Source: Eledone cirrhosa (lineage: Eukaryota). From it: a DNA stretch of 64,000 bases. The DNA is taken from assembly GCA_964016885.1 (NCBI GenBank), contig OZ024741.1, positions 323,144,001-323,208,000 of the forward strand, in the 5' to 3' direction. Made by a program: the position numbers and the translations under genes. Below, piece by piece: positions 36,290 to 49,855 of this stretch. Numbering within the stretch: position 1 is the first letter of the stretch; every line of letters begins with the position of its first letter. Under the pieces are notes generated by a model. That model had not been told where the DNA came from and did not search any database. It saw only the letters and a program-made list of their open reading frames with translations.

Positions 36290-37225
36290 GATCAGCAGTG
36301 GGGGAGGGTGCTCTGAAAGTTCAGTAGCTAGAGTCAGAACTGGATGGAAAAAGTTCAGAGAGCTTATACCACTATTAGCTGCTAAAGGGTTCTCCCTAAA
36401 AATGAAAGGCAGGTTGTATGATGCCTGCATACGAACAGCAATGTTGCATGGCAGTGAGACCTGGGCATTGTGTGCAGAGGATATACGCAGACTAGAGAGG
36501 AACGAAGCTTGCATGCTCCGTTGGATGTGTAATAGTAATATACGTGAACGGCAAAGCATAAACGAACTAAGGGAAAAATTAGAAATAAGAGGGATCAGAT
36601 GTTGTTTACTTGAGAGAAGACTACGTTGGTATGGTCACGTGATGCGCATGAAAGACGACAGCTGTATGGAAAAGTGCAGGGCAATAAAGATAAACGGTAG
36701 CCACGGAGTAGGCAGACTCAGAAAAACCTGGGATGACCTGATAAATTCCGACCTCACACACTTACACCTCTCCAAGACAATGTCACTGGACCGAGATCTT
36801 TGGCGGTACTCAGTAATAGAGAAGACCCGCCTTACCTAAATACAAAGTAAAACCTACTACAGTCAGTAGGCATCTCTAACAAAATACACCCCCGTCCCAC
36901 CACCCCCACCCATCCACACCGCCCCTTTCAATGTAAAGTTATGTTGGTGCCACAACATCCAGGCCGAAACAAATGAGATCGTGTAGGTGTCACGACAAAA
37001 AAACACACAGTCCACGCTGTAATGTGGCCGTGTAGGCAACACGGTAAAAACCTCCCAGTCCCACACTGTAAATGTGGTTGGTGTTAGGAAGGGCATCCAG
37101 CTGTAGAAAACCCGCCAGACAGTCCTATGCGAGCAAGACAACCACTCTTGCCTCAAGTGGGAAAACTCCCGTCCAAACCCATGCAAGCGTGGAACATGGA
37201 CGTTAAACGATGATGATGATGATAC
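36290..37225 (+). mobile_element. RTE LINE 3' portion (third close copy)
   Basis: ORF 36279-36839 nearly identical to the C-terminus of 9347-10741; 3' UTR and (GAT)n tail. Confidence 0.92.
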
Positions 37226-37369
37226 ATATATATAAGCAAAAGGGATATTTAATTTGTTGTTAATTCAACAAATATATATTTATAACTGATTCGAAGCTCT
37301 CGACAGGTTTTCTGGAGTATAATATCAATGATATTAAATAAATGGAAACTATATTTATAAAACCATATT

Positions 37370-37432
37370 TATTCTATTATATATATTTCAAGGGTACCAA
37401 AACTTTGGTACGCTCTCATCAGATAAAATACA
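37370..37432 (-). ncRNA. Minimal hammerhead ribozyme motif in a Penelope-like end (37234-37485)
   Basis: Reverse complement reads tattttat-CTGATGA-gagcGTACCAAagttTTGGTACcctt-GAAA-tatatata-atagaata. Confidence 0.8.
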
Positions 37433-37483
37433 AAGATTGTTTTATAAATATTGACATATCCAGGAAGGAGATCTTAACGGTTC

Positions 37484-37517
<34 letters not shown>

Positions 37518-39697
37518 ATACATATACATATATATATACATATACATATATATTTTGAGAAAGCCCTTCTTTTATATTTGTGTTGTTGAAGACAACTACT
37601 TTTCAGTTTCAATTTCATTTGGATTGGCAGTATCGGTAGAGGGTCGGACGCCAAGCATAGAGTTACGGCCCTTGCCATTTTGAGTTCAAATCCCGCCGAG
37701 GTTAACTTTGCCTTTCATCCTTACGGGGTCGATAAAATAAAATACCAGTAATACACTGGGATAATTGCTGGCCTTGTGCCAAAAGTAGAAACAATTATTA
37801 GACTATTCTAATATTTTCTAATAAGGCCTCGACTGTTTGTTTGAATAAACAAAAGTTCCTAAGTCCATGAACATATAACATGCAACATGTGAGCCTAACA
37901 GTCTAGCTTTAAGATTAAAATTCTGGTAAAGTAAGGAGAACTACATAAACCTTCATAAAATTCTCATGACTGCAAGAAAAGAGGCAACAAAAATAGGCCT
38001 ACAACACTCATGATGATAAGACAATGAAGGGCCAGAAATATTGATGATACGGAATTTTGTAGCTCCAAATGAACTGTATAGGCTTTATTGGAAAATATGA
38101 AAAGGTTCTAATAAAAAAACTGAAGCTCAAGAGTAGTCATGTCTTCAACAGCAACAACACACACACACACAGACACACACACACACGTGTGTGTGCGCCT
38201 TTGGTGGTGTACAGAATAATATATAAATAAAGTTAATTGTCAGAAGTTATAAACACTGTTTATCACTTGGATAAAAAATATAATATAACATTGTTTATAA
38301 GTTGAATCTAGCACTTTCATCCTGCATGGGACTTATCAAGATATATATTTATTTGTTGTTAAAGAATGGATTGGGAAAAGTTCAGATAACTATTGCCTCT
38401 GTTGACAATAAAGAACACAGGGTGCAAACTGTAATTCTGCATGGGCTTTCATTGCAGAAAACTTGTGATGACTAAAAAGAACTGAAGTGAACATGCTTCA
38501 GTGGATGTCTAATGTTAGTGTGTATGAACAACAAAGCATAATTAAGTTGAGAGAAAAACTGGATGTAAGAAGAATCCGGTGTAGCAGTTTTCAAGAAAGA
38601 AGACTGCACTGGTATAGACATATGTGTACAGAAAATAACAGCTGTATGTATCACTACTGATATTTATGCAGATGTTGAAGTTAGTGAAAATCATCAAAAT
38701 ATTGACTTCAAATATAATCCAATAACTATTATAACATTGATTTTATTTTTTTTGTCACATATTTCTAGTCTTATACATGAATAAATATTGTATATTGGAA
38801 GATTTTAATTTAATAAGGAACTCTTTAAAACAGGTGGTTTTGTTTCACAGGACCAGAACTGGTTTTGACTGAGTGGTATCAAAAGGGTTAAACAAGCTAC
38901 AGCTTAGAGCCTCACGGTCCACTAGAGAATCAAAAGATTTCATTCTTAACACCCATGTACCACATGAAACCACATTTACAAACATTCTTGTAAAATACAA
39001 AAACACTACTGTGATTAAATTACATTAAAATACTGCAAAATTTCACAATAATCTGTCCACTAGTAAAGATACTATAAACAATGGAATTAACAAACCAATT
39101 TTTACATATGTTCTGCTAAATTATAATAGGTTAAGATTTCAAAAGCATATATGTTTTCGATTTTTTGAGACTTAGTGTAATTTTTATAATGAGGGACCTC
39201 CAAGCTTTATAGAGATAAGGTCCTTACCAAGTTTTAATCCAGCACTGACATTATCGGGTCCTTTCTGAAGCAATGCTTTATGGCCATTAAAAGGGTTCTA
39301 GGCACCAACCATTTTAGTCACTTTTACGACATCCAGTAACACACTATATCTATTCTAAACTAGATAGTCACATAAAAAATTGTCCCCTATCATCCCTTCT
39401 ACCCTCATCCAGCTCAGAGAAACCTCATAATGCTCCCCAAGAATGTTGGTGTGCAGATCAATAGGGTGAAAGTTAGAGAAAGAATTGAGTACACGAAATA
39501 TAACAAGCTGAGTGGACTTGAAATAGTTTTATTGAGAGTAGTTGATGGAAGATAATGGGGTGGGGCAGTGTTTTGAGAAGAAGAAGAAAAAGAAGAGAAC
39601 GAAGAAAGAAAGAAACAAACAAAAGAAATATATAAGGAGACGAGATTCCCCACTCTATCCTGATCTCATCCCGAAGAAAAAAACATTTTTAAAAAAT

Positions 39698-40250
39698 ACT
39701 TACCGCAGCGTTTATACGCATATTTTTCATGTTTAAAAAACCTAACAGTAATGGTGTAGACGTTGGTAGTTTGTCTGGTACGAACGTAAACATCGATGTT
39801 TTAAGCTTTGCCAGTCTCATTAATTAGTTTTGTTGTTAACCGAGTCACCGTTATAATCTCAAACCACCCCCTTAATACACTTATACAAACATCCACTTTC
39901 GTTTGCTCTTACTTACATACATAGATATACGCACACATAGTTCACTCACCTATATCTACTATCGTTGTTGTCGTTTCAACAAAACTTTAAAAACAAGCAC
40001 CGCCCCCTTTTTTCTATTTCGTATTTCACATTTGGTTGTATCCGTTTAGTTCAGTCTTTATATGTGTATGTGGGGTACATTTGTAGCGAGAAGGGTGTAG
40101 TTTTATAAATTTATCAAATTATTTGCTCACTTTAGGGGTTCTAATGTCCTGTTAACTTAACCCTCGGCATAACTTAACAAAATAATCCCGTCTATTCAAA
40201 CAAATATAGATACATAAATGTTTGTCTTCCGAACGAATGACTAACACACA
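39698..40250 (-). promoter_or_regulatory. Candidate non-coding first exon and promoter of the Rab5-like gene
   Basis: Consensus donor CG|GTAAGT on the minus strand (39703-39698) inside a non-repetitive, locally CpG-rich stretch with a GC-box-like CCGCCC near 40000. Linkage to the Rab gene is inferred. Confidence 0.4.
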
Positions 40251-40294
40251 CACACACATAAATGTATTATATGTATATGTGTATATATATATAT

Positions 40295-40490
40295 AACAAA
40301 GGAATTGTGGTAAGGAACCAGATGGACCATAACGCACCAGAGTACTCAATACTTAGGGTAGTAGAGTGGGAAATAGGAAAAAGTATGACCCCGACGGCAG
40401 AGCTCAAGCCGTTTCGACAGCTATTTCTGAGTCCAGAAATAACCGTCGAAACGGCTTGAGCTCTGCCGTCGGGGTCATACTTTTTCCTTT
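40295..40490 (-). mobile_element. Penelope-like end in (TA)n with palindrome centred on hammerhead helix II
   Basis: 40375-40429 is the reverse complement of 40434-40488. GAAACGGC-ttgagctct-GCCGTC on both strands; no CTGANGA. Confidence 0.75.
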
Positions 40491-40724
40491 ATATACATAT
40501 ATATATATATATATATATAAAGTGTTACAACGATCAAATTTTAGTTTAGAACATTTATTTGCTGTTGTTTAGAACATTTATTTGCTGTTATTTGGAGTTG
40601 TTTACTTAAATTATTATTACTAATAATAATATAAGTAAACAACTCCACTATCCGGGAGCTTCCAACAGTAATGGTTGCATTTTTTAAGGGTATGTCAATA
40701 TTTATTTATAAAACTGATCTATAT

Positions 40725-40792
40725 TGTATTTTGTCTGATGAAAGCACACCATAATTTAATGTGGTGTCCTTGAAATATGTATAATAAAATAA
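40725..40792 (+). ncRNA. Minimal hammerhead ribozyme motif in a Penelope-like end (40660-40922)
   Basis: CTGATGA (40735)-aagcACACCAtaatttaatgTGGTGTcctt-GAAA (40772)-tatgtata-ataaaata. Confidence 0.75.
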
Positions 40793-40918
40793 ATATGGTT
40801 TTATAAATATAGTTTCCATTTGTTAATATCGTATATTTACTCCAAATAATTGTTGAGTGCTTTATATCAGTTATAAAAATATTTGCTTGTTGTATCCCAA
40901 CAATTTAAATAGAACTTT

Positions 40919-40965
<47 letters not shown>

Positions 40966-41118
40966 GTAAGAGGAGCACTGACAGCCGAAGTGTATGATAA
41001 AGTTAAAGTTATATCTGTATGAATACAGAGTGATAACTGAGACTGCACCAAAGTGTGTATATCATCATCATCATCCTCACCCTTTTACGTACATTTTTCC
41101 ACGCTATCTATCTGTCTA

Positions 41119-41198
<80 letters not shown>

Positions 41199-41531
41199 GG
41201 ATGATGTGTTGTTTCTTTATTTCACATTACTCCAGTTTACTCAGCTGTAGAAATGGGGGTCCCTATCATTCCACTGCAAAGTGGTCGTGGAGGTGCCACG
41301 GCAAAAAAGCACCCAGTCCACACTGTAAAGTGGACGTGTAGGCGCCACGGAAAAAAAGCACCCAGCACTCACTGTAAATGAGGTTGGTGTTAGGAAGGGC
41401 ATCCAGCTGTAGAAATCAAGCCAGAATCAACAAGACAAGGTCAGCCGATCGGACACTGCCCACAACAGGACAACCCATCTAACCCATGCTAGCGTGGAGA
41501 AACGGACGTAAAACGGTGATGATGATGATGA

Positions 41532-41642
<111 letters not shown>

Positions 41643-41678
41643 AATATATGTATATATGTATAAATATATATATATATG

Positions 41679-41724
<46 letters not shown>

Positions 41725-41727
<3 letters not shown>

Positions 41728-41914
41728 CGAAGGAAATGTGGTAAGGAACCAGGTGGACCATAACGCACCAAAGTACTCAATACTTGAGGTAGTAGAGTGG
41801 GTGATAGGAACCAGTAAGACCCCGACAGCTGAGCTCAAGCCGTTTCGACGGCTAAAATTTTTTTAGCCGTCGAAACGGCTTGAGCTCAGCTGTCGGGGTC
41901 TTACTGGTTCCTAT
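41725..41914 (-). mobile_element. Penelope-like end in (TA)n with perfect palindrome centred on hammerhead helix II
   Basis: 41804-41914 is a perfect inverted repeat with a 3-nt loop; GAAACGGC-ttgagctca-GCTGTC-GGGGTC. Confidence 0.75.
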
Positions 41915-41934
41915 ATATATATATATATATATAT

Positions 41935-42545
41935 ATGGTGGCTGCCAACTCGTTTTCGAGTACGGCCACTACTTTATATCCATGTAGGAGAACCCCTACC
42001 GATGCGCTGAACGAGTGTGACTTTTTAGTCCAGCCAGCGACTTGAAAACTCTGGTACAAACACTACACTTGTGACAATTAATGACACGTAGTGCTTTACC
42101 CTTGGTACCATGTGACGACAAGTGCAGAGAGATCTCCAGATACAAAGCAATGCCTGTGCCGTGAAGCTTTTATAGTGAGCAAAGGCACTGCACAAAGCCA
42201 GTCCCACTCTCTTAACCAAGATGATATTTACCAAAAAGAAGAACAAGTCAACATCATTGGATACCATCAGGGTTGCAGGTGTTATATCAGAGTTTTCCTT
42301 CTCCTAGAATTCTGCCTTGACAAAGGCTAAGGGGTCATCTCTCCCAGTGATTTTGGATGGCCATTGACTCTTAAGAGCTCCTTTGCCCTTTGACAGGTTT
42401 TGTTTTTAGTCCTGCAGGATGTCCAAAGTCACCCTCCTCACCAAGAAACCTTGGTGGGGTTGCCAGTTTAGTCGCCAACGACCCGACCATGAGTCAGGTT
42501 GTATTGGGATACATGTTACCAGTAGCACCAAGTGGTGACCTGACA
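41935..42545 (-). mobile_element. Short non-coding RTE-derived element (5' UTR-like part joined to a 3' end)
   Basis: 42200-42325 (reverse) matches the LINE 5' region 29185-29320 (CTAGGAGAAGGAAAACTCTGAT). 42375-42520 matches 26785-26930. Confidence 0.6.
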
Positions 42546-42586
42546 TAAATATATATATATATATATATACACACATACACACACAT

Positions 42587-42679
<93 letters not shown>

Positions 42680-43004
42680 CACACACACACATATATACAT
42701 ATATATACATTATATTATATATATATATACATTATATTATATTATATATTGGATTGGCAGTGTCGGTAGAGGGTCGGACGCTATGCTTTGACGTATAGAG
42801 TTACGTTCCTTGCCATTCTGAGTTCAAATCCCGCCGAAGTTAACTTTGCCTTTCATCCTTACGCGGTTGATAAAATAAAGTACCAGAAACACACTGGGTA
42901 ATTGCTGGCCTTGTGCTAAAAGTAGAAACAATTATATTATATATATACATTATATTATATTATGTATAAATATATATATATATCGACATATATATATCAC
43001 CATC

Positions 43005-44595
43005 ATCATCATTTTTACACCCGCTTTTTCACACGCTTACATGGTTTGGACGGGTCCACTTCAACACAGCATCTCTCCACTCACCACATACAGTGCCGGA
43101 TTTAGGACAAATGAAGCCCTGTGGTAGTTAAACTATGAGGCCCTTTACATCTGAAAAATTCGTTGTAAATGATTTTGGTAGGAAGATGTCCCCCCTCCTG
43201 GCCAATAGGGCCCTGGGCTTAAGCACACCTAAGCACAGTGGTAAATCTGGCGCACTGACCACATACCTTCATTGTCATCTCCGTGAGTCTCAACAATTCA
43301 AGATCAGCTCTCACCAACTCTGCCCAGGTCTTCCTTAGTCTATCTCTACTACGACTTCCTTCCACTGGATTTACATTGTATGGAGTTTATGCCTGCCCCT
43401 TTTTTACTTATTGAGCCTGGCCACTTCTCTGAGGGAATCTGGGTCCTATGTTTTCTCCTACTCACTAGCACTTTAGTTTTGGTTAAGTTTACTCTCAGAC
43501 CATTTGATTCCAAATTCAGTTTCCATAATCAGAATTTATTCTATAGTTCTTTTTTGGTTTCAGTTATAAAAACCAATTCATCTGCATATAGAGTTCCCAT
43601 GGGCAGCCCATTTTAAATTCCTCTGTTATGGCCTGAAGAACTATGATGAACAGCAGTGGGCTAAGAACTGAACCTTGATGAACTCCTATCTGTACCTTGA
43701 TCGAAAGGCCTCTTTGGATCAACAAAAGCTAAATATAGTGGCTTATTTTGGGCTAAAACGAGAGCATCTGTAGTGCTTTTCCCAGACATGAAACCAAACT
43801 GCATCTCATCTCTTTTGAATCTTTCCTTAATTAGCTGCACTATAACTCTTTCTGTCATTCATAACTTGGTCCATTAGTTGTATTCCTCTATAGTTTCTCC
43901 TTTCTAGAGCATTACCTTTGCTATTATAGCAATTTATGATTGTACTGCTGTGCCAGTCATTGTGTATGGCTCCGTCTTGTATTACCTACTGACTATGCAG
44001 ATTACTAGTTCGGCTCCCACTTCTCACAATGCTTTTAACATATTGACAACTATCTTACCATTCTTCACCTCCTTGATTGCATCTTTGACCTTAAAACTGT
44101 CAACTTCAATAACTGGTCCTCCCTTTGGTTAAGTTGGGGGTAGTTTCTCTTCCTCCCATTTATTCTCTACATTCATCAATCTCTCATAATAACATTTTCA
44201 GGCCTCGTTCTTTGGCGTACCAGTGGTGGTAAGTGCACCAGCGTCCTTTGTAACACATTTTCCCCCAACAATTACTCAATCTCAATTCACACTAACACAT
44301 TGCCTCAAAATACAGAACAGTTCATGTCTCTGATCTTCATGTCTCAAGACATTGGCAAATTTACTTTCTTCAGCCTCTCTCTGAGCTGTGTATACCTATC
44401 ACATAGCTTCTTTCTGATCTACTTAGTACAGATCCTGCTGCTCCCATTTTTCCATGCCTGTCTCTTGGCTTTCATATCTACTGTGCTGTCCCATCACCAG
44501 GTCTCATCAGTAATTCGTAAAAGGTTGTCGCATAAGAACTTCCAGTTGTCCTCTACGTTATATGTAACTAACTCATCATCCCTCTCATCAAGTGC
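43005..44595 (-). mobile_element. Degraded RTE LINE
   Basis: EMQFGFMSGKSTTDAL and KPLYLAFVD remnants; (GAT)n tail at ~43000. Confidence 0.78.
43091..43257. mobile_element. 167-bp hAT-type MITE nested in the RTE remnant
   Basis: Imperfect TIRs CAGTGCCGGATTTA / TAAATCTGGCGCACTG; perfect 8-bp TSD ACCACATA. Confidence 0.82.
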
Positions 44596-44636
<41 letters not shown>

Positions 44637-44664
44637 CGCGCGCGCGTGTGTGTGTGTGTATATA

Positions 44665-44756
<92 letters not shown>

Positions 44757-45343
44757 CATTTATATACACACATAGAACTCGCATAAATTCCATAAAATGT
44801 ACGCAATGCAGATCTTGGGTTCAAAGAGATGTAGTGGGATAGCAGGCAAACTAACAGGTAGGGAAAACTACGTATGCAGTAGATGTACAGGGAAAGTTGG
44901 CAGTAGTAATCGCAGTGATAGTCATATTTTTCAAATGCAGGTGGGTTCTATAGAAGTGGTTGATAGCTTCCGGTACCTAGGTGATCAGATTAGTATGGGA
45001 CGGGGGTGTTCCGAGGCCATAGTATCTAGAATAAGGACGGGTTGGAAGATGTTTAGGGAGCTGCTTCCTTTGTTGACAAAGAAGGGTTTCTCCCTGCGTA
45101 CGAAAGGACGGTTATATGATGCCTGTGTGAGATGCGCGATGCTGGGCAGCAACTACAGAGGATTGGGCATGTGATGCGCATGGAGGATGGCCACTGGGTA
45201 AAGAAGTACCAAGAAATCCCAGTAGAAGGAAGACGCAGTAGAGGTAGACCACGTAAAACATGGGCGGAGGTGGTGAGAGCAGACCTCAGATCGCTGAAAC
45301 TCACCGAGGAGATGACGAAAGACCGTGACAAGTGGAAAGATGG

Positions 45344-47315
45344 TGTAGCGGTTGTCTCCCTTGTTTGGATTAACATCTAGACGGGAAGTAGAACCCTTTC
45401 TGTAACTTCCGGTCAGAACCCTATAAAACTAACAACTTTAAGTTCTCACTCTCTCATTTGGCTCTGCCTCTCATTTGGCCTTCCGGCGCCTGGCTGGCCT
45501 TAGCCAGGCGTCCTCTGCCAGTCGCGTTTGCCTGGCAATCAAAACGGTAACGACTAACTTTGTTTCATTCTATCATCTATTTCTTTGACATGTCAACTAT
45601 ACTATCTACCATTGTTAATTAAATTATCTACTCACAAACCATGCCTCGTTTTGTTACATTCATACAACCCAGTACTTTCGCTACATTGGTAACCCTGACG
45701 TGATACGAACACGCAGCCGTTCATCGCTATAAGTGGTCACCCCGAAAAAAGAAAAAGATAGCAGATTCTGGAGTTGTGTGGGTAACATTACGAATACACA
45801 GCAAATTTATCGACAAACTATGAAAATACTCAAAGAAACGGACACACGCACATGTGGAATTCGCGTTCAGACAGACTTTTTCTCTCATACATCAACTAAC
45901 TGTCGCATTTCACGATATATATATATGTTTCTCGTTTCTTACAACGAACACTTTCAAAACAAAAAAAAACAAACAAAAAAAAACATTTCACGATATATAT
46001 ATATATGTTTCTCGTTTCTTACAACGAACTCTTTCAAAACAAAAAAAAAAAAGAAATTTGATATTCTTTAAAAAACATTTCAACAGGAACATTTATTTTC
46101 GATGAACCATTGCCTTTTTGTTCATCGTTTTCTTCATCGTTCAAGTTTTTTTTCCAAAGTTCACACCAATAATTATGCTGAGTGAAGCCTTTCTTTTTCA
46201 TCATTGTCACTTTCAAAATTGCACTATCATTTTCTCGCGCGTTAGAAATATTATTTTTTCAACCTTGTATTGGCACGTGTAGGCAGCACAAATTCTCGAC
46301 TCACAGAGATGTCTCGACTCACAGAGATAGCCGCACGCCAGAGATAACGTTTCTCGCCAAGGATTCTTCAGCCTTAAGCTATATTCTCCTATTTGCCGGT
46401 TTAAAAATTTACTACGTAAATTTGCCGTTGAAAACTGCGCATTTATTCAGAATGCTTATTTCTTTGGTCGCTGGCCTCTTGACCCTTCCAGGTCAACGCA
46501 TTCTCAACATCGACCATCAACTTCGGCTGCTATTTCTAGCACTTTGCGCAACTCATTTTTTCTAAAAAAAAATTTTCTTTTACTGTGAATTTAAACACCG
46601 AATACGCTCACTCAGCGAGACAACAGCAGCAGCAACAGCAACAGCAATATAACAGCAACAGCAATACAGCAGCAACAGCAACAGCAATACAGCAGCAACA
46701 GCAACAGCAATATAACAGCAACAGCAGCAGCAACAGCAACAGCAATACATCAACACAGCTTTCACCAACAACCAAAGCCAGAGAATTTATTTTTGCAGCA
46801 CTCTTCCTGTGAGAAAATCCATTCGGAGGTTGGAAATTTCACGATATACCACAGAACAGAGACCACCTGCATTCATTCTCTGGAACACACTTTCTTTCCT
46901 GCTGTCATGTGATTGCACACCTGTGAACTATATTTTGTACATTTGAACTTTGAGCCCTTCTCTTACTTTACTACCTTGATATCTATCATTGATTTTTGCA
47001 AACATTCTTTTGTCGTAATTTTCATGCCTGTTACAACATTCTCGCCAACTTGCTACATATTTCAATTCGATTTTTATATTCTAAAATTCTGGCGGGAGGT
47101 TATGTAGCGGTTGTCTCCCTTGTTTGGATTAACAGCTAGACGGGAAGTAGAACCCTTTCTGTAACTTCCGGTCAGAACCCTATAAAACTAACAACTTTAA
47201 GTTCTCACTCTCTCATTTGGCTCTGCCTCTCATTTGGCTCTGCCTCTCATTTGGCCTTCCGGCGCCTGGCTGGCCTTAGCCAGGCGTCCTCTGCCAGTCG
47301 CGTACTTTCGCTACA
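45344..47315 (+). mobile_element. Non-autonomous LTR retrotransposon (Gypsy-like, ~2 kb, no gag/pol)
   Basis: LTRs 45344-45685 and 47103-47315 with TGTAGCG...CGCTACA ends. 4-bp TSD ATGG. PBS TGGTAACCCTGACGTGAT at 45687. Purine tract GGCGGGAGG before the 3' LTR. TATAAAA in each LTR. Confidence 0.92.
46621..46747. repeat. Degenerate CAG/CAA repeat inside the LTR element
   Basis: cagcaacagcaata-type units. Confidence 0.9.
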
Positions 47316-47388
47316 ATGGTGTGCTGAATAGGATCCGTCCAACCCTTGCAAGCAGGGAGAAGCGGAGGTAAAATGATGATGATGATGA

Positions 47389-47456
<68 letters not shown>

Positions 47457-47476
47457 ACATACATTTATATACACAC

Positions 47477-47532
<56 letters not shown>

Positions 47533-47552
47533 ACATACATTTATATACACAC

Positions 47553-47593
<41 letters not shown>

Positions 47594-47690
47594 GAGGTTA
47601 TATTTAATTTGTTGGGGTTCAACAAGCGAATTTCAACCGTTGAGGTTGTCTTTTTTCCGGGTATGTCAATATTTATTTATAAAACAAATC

Positions 47691-47758
47691 TGTATTTTAT
47701 CTGATGAAAGCGCACCATAATTTACCTTGGTCGTCCTTGAAATATATATAATAAAATA
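47691..47758 (+). ncRNA. Minimal hammerhead ribozyme motif
   Basis: tattttat-CTGATGA (47701)...GAAA (47739)-tatatata-ataaaata; same family as 40725 and 27818. Confidence 0.72.
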
Positions 47759-47859
47759 ATTATGAATCTGTTATTTTAATAAATATATTGTGTATATATA
47801 TATATATATAAAATAAAGTTAAATAAAAGTCAAATGATTAAAATTTAGCTTCGTTTATT

Positions 47860-47914
47860 ACTGCTATATATATTTCAGTGACAGCCATCTTTGGCTGTGA
47901 CCTCTTCAGGCAGT
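47860..47914 (-). ncRNA. Minimal hammerhead ribozyme motif (CUGAAGA)
   Basis: Reverse complement: ACTGC-CTGAAGA-ggtcACAGCCAaagaTGGCTGTcact-GAAA-tatata-ta-GCAGT. Stem I ACTGC/GCAGT is perfect. Confidence 0.8.
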
Positions 47915-49625
47915 TTGAATTAGTATGGTATAGACAAGTACATATGTTGTTGAGGTGTATAATATTGTCAATACTCCGATATGCCCAGTTCCTTGTTAGG
48001 TTGTTATTTCACTGAGGAACTGGAGTTGGTATACAACCAATAGGTGTTGGTATACAACCAACATAAAATCTATATCTATATCTATATCTATATATCTATA
48101 TATATATATATATATGCATGCATGTATTTATATACATATATATATATAATGTATAAAATCAATACAATTACCTCATTACCAGAGGTTTCCCGAATGAGGC
48201 GAATACGAAATAAACGACTTCATTCGTTCGTCAGACGAGGCAATATAAAACATGGGCAAATACTTAGAAAAACACATCAAGAAAATCAAAAAAAATATAT
48301 AGATAAAATGAAATAGAAATTGAAATATATAAAAATCTATCAAGAAAAATAGTTAGGTGTGTGTATGTGTATGTATATACGCTCACAGATATGTATATAT
48401 GCACATGTAAATGTATAGTTAGAAAGTGTGCGTAATTATAAAAATTTAGGGCAAATGTATCTATATGTCTGTATTATACAGACAGAAATGGTTACATCGT
48501 AAATATAAGAATATAAAGTCGCGCGCATAAAAACGCCTGGACACTCGTACACTTAGATGTGGAAAGAAAGGAGGTAAAGAGAGTATAATAAATAAAAGAA
48601 AAGTATCTATTACGATATATTTATAAAAATATAGTAACGATAAATTAGAAAGAAAAGATAGAAAGAAAAAATTTAAAAAAACAAAAAAAGAGGGGGTACA
48701 TACATACACAGACACGCGTGTCTCACAAAAGAAATGTAAAAATAATTATGCTTATATACACACACGCACTTACACTTCCATACGTTCGATACGTACATAC
48801 ACACACACACACATACTTATACTCGCGCATATAAACCTGTATGCATGCCCACGTATGAAACTGAGTAAGTAACAAAAGGGGGAAGGGGGGGGGGGGAGAA
48901 GAAAAAAAAGGAACAAAAACATAAAACCGAAATGTCAAAAACACGGATATAAAGACACTTACATATACGCATAATATATACATACGCACACGCACAAACA
49001 CCTGTACACATACACATACTTACACGCATATATATATATATATACATATACATACAGGCACGCGCGCGCACATACGTAGTCACTCATATACATATATAAA
49101 AAGTATACACACATTAAGGCGTTCAGCCATATTGAAATGTGGAAAAGTACAAATATAAAATTGTAAGATAGGCTGCGCAAAAATAAAATTAAAATAAAAA
49201 TGAAAAATATATCTGGATTGAAAAACACAAAAGACAAGTTTAATCAGTTAGTGGAGGAAAAAGGGAAGTAAAAGAAGGGGAAGTAAAAAATAGAAAATAG
49301 GAAGTGGATCGGAGAATAAAGGGGGGGGGGGGTTGAAATAAAAATAAATAAAAGTGAAAATAAATGAAATTATTGACAAGGAAAAGAATGAAAGTAAGTC
49401 AGAAAGGGTAATTAAAAAGAGAATAATAAGAGTTTATGGAGGATAAGTATCTGAAAGTGTGTTAATATGTATATAATACCCACCACACACACACACACAT
49501 TTGTAGTTTTATTTTTACGCAGTTTTACATGTAATCTCTGTCAAGACCATTTAACAGTTATCTCCCTTGGATTGTTCGTGTTATGCAACAGTATACTTGT
49601 CTTTATATATCCGGATGTGTGTGTG

Positions 49626-49673
<48 letters not shown>

Positions 49674-49692
49674 CACACAATATATATAGATA

Positions 49693-49855
49693 GATATAAT
49701 AGAAAACGAAAAATCAATGATGCATCTGAACTCAATTCAGATGAATCACTGATTTTTCGTTTTCTATTATATCATACTCTGATCTTTAAGAGTATAGAGT
49801 GCTCAACCGGCATACCGCCTATGGAAGCATCTTAGCTACCATTCGACACAAATAT
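49693..49855 (+). mobile_element. Short element in microsatellite: 38-bp-arm hairpin plus shared tail
   Basis: 49693-49730 vs 49736-49773 inverted. Tail ATACTCTG...GAGTATAGAGTGCTCAACCGGC resembles 33594-33650. Confidence 0.65.

Larger units (their letters stand above)
44775..47392 (+). mobile_element. RTE 3' remnant split by an LTR element
   Basis: The reading ...DKWKDG|VLNRIRPT is restored when 45344-47319 is removed; (GAT)n tail at 47373-47392. Confidence 0.85.

Noticed and set aside
46585-46812. PolyQ ORF
   Set aside because: Short CAG/CAA tract within the LTR element with no other protein features.
48160-49200. CpG-richer stretch as a second promoter
   Set aside because: No associated exon could be identified, and many of the CpGs lie in CA/CG microsatellite variants.
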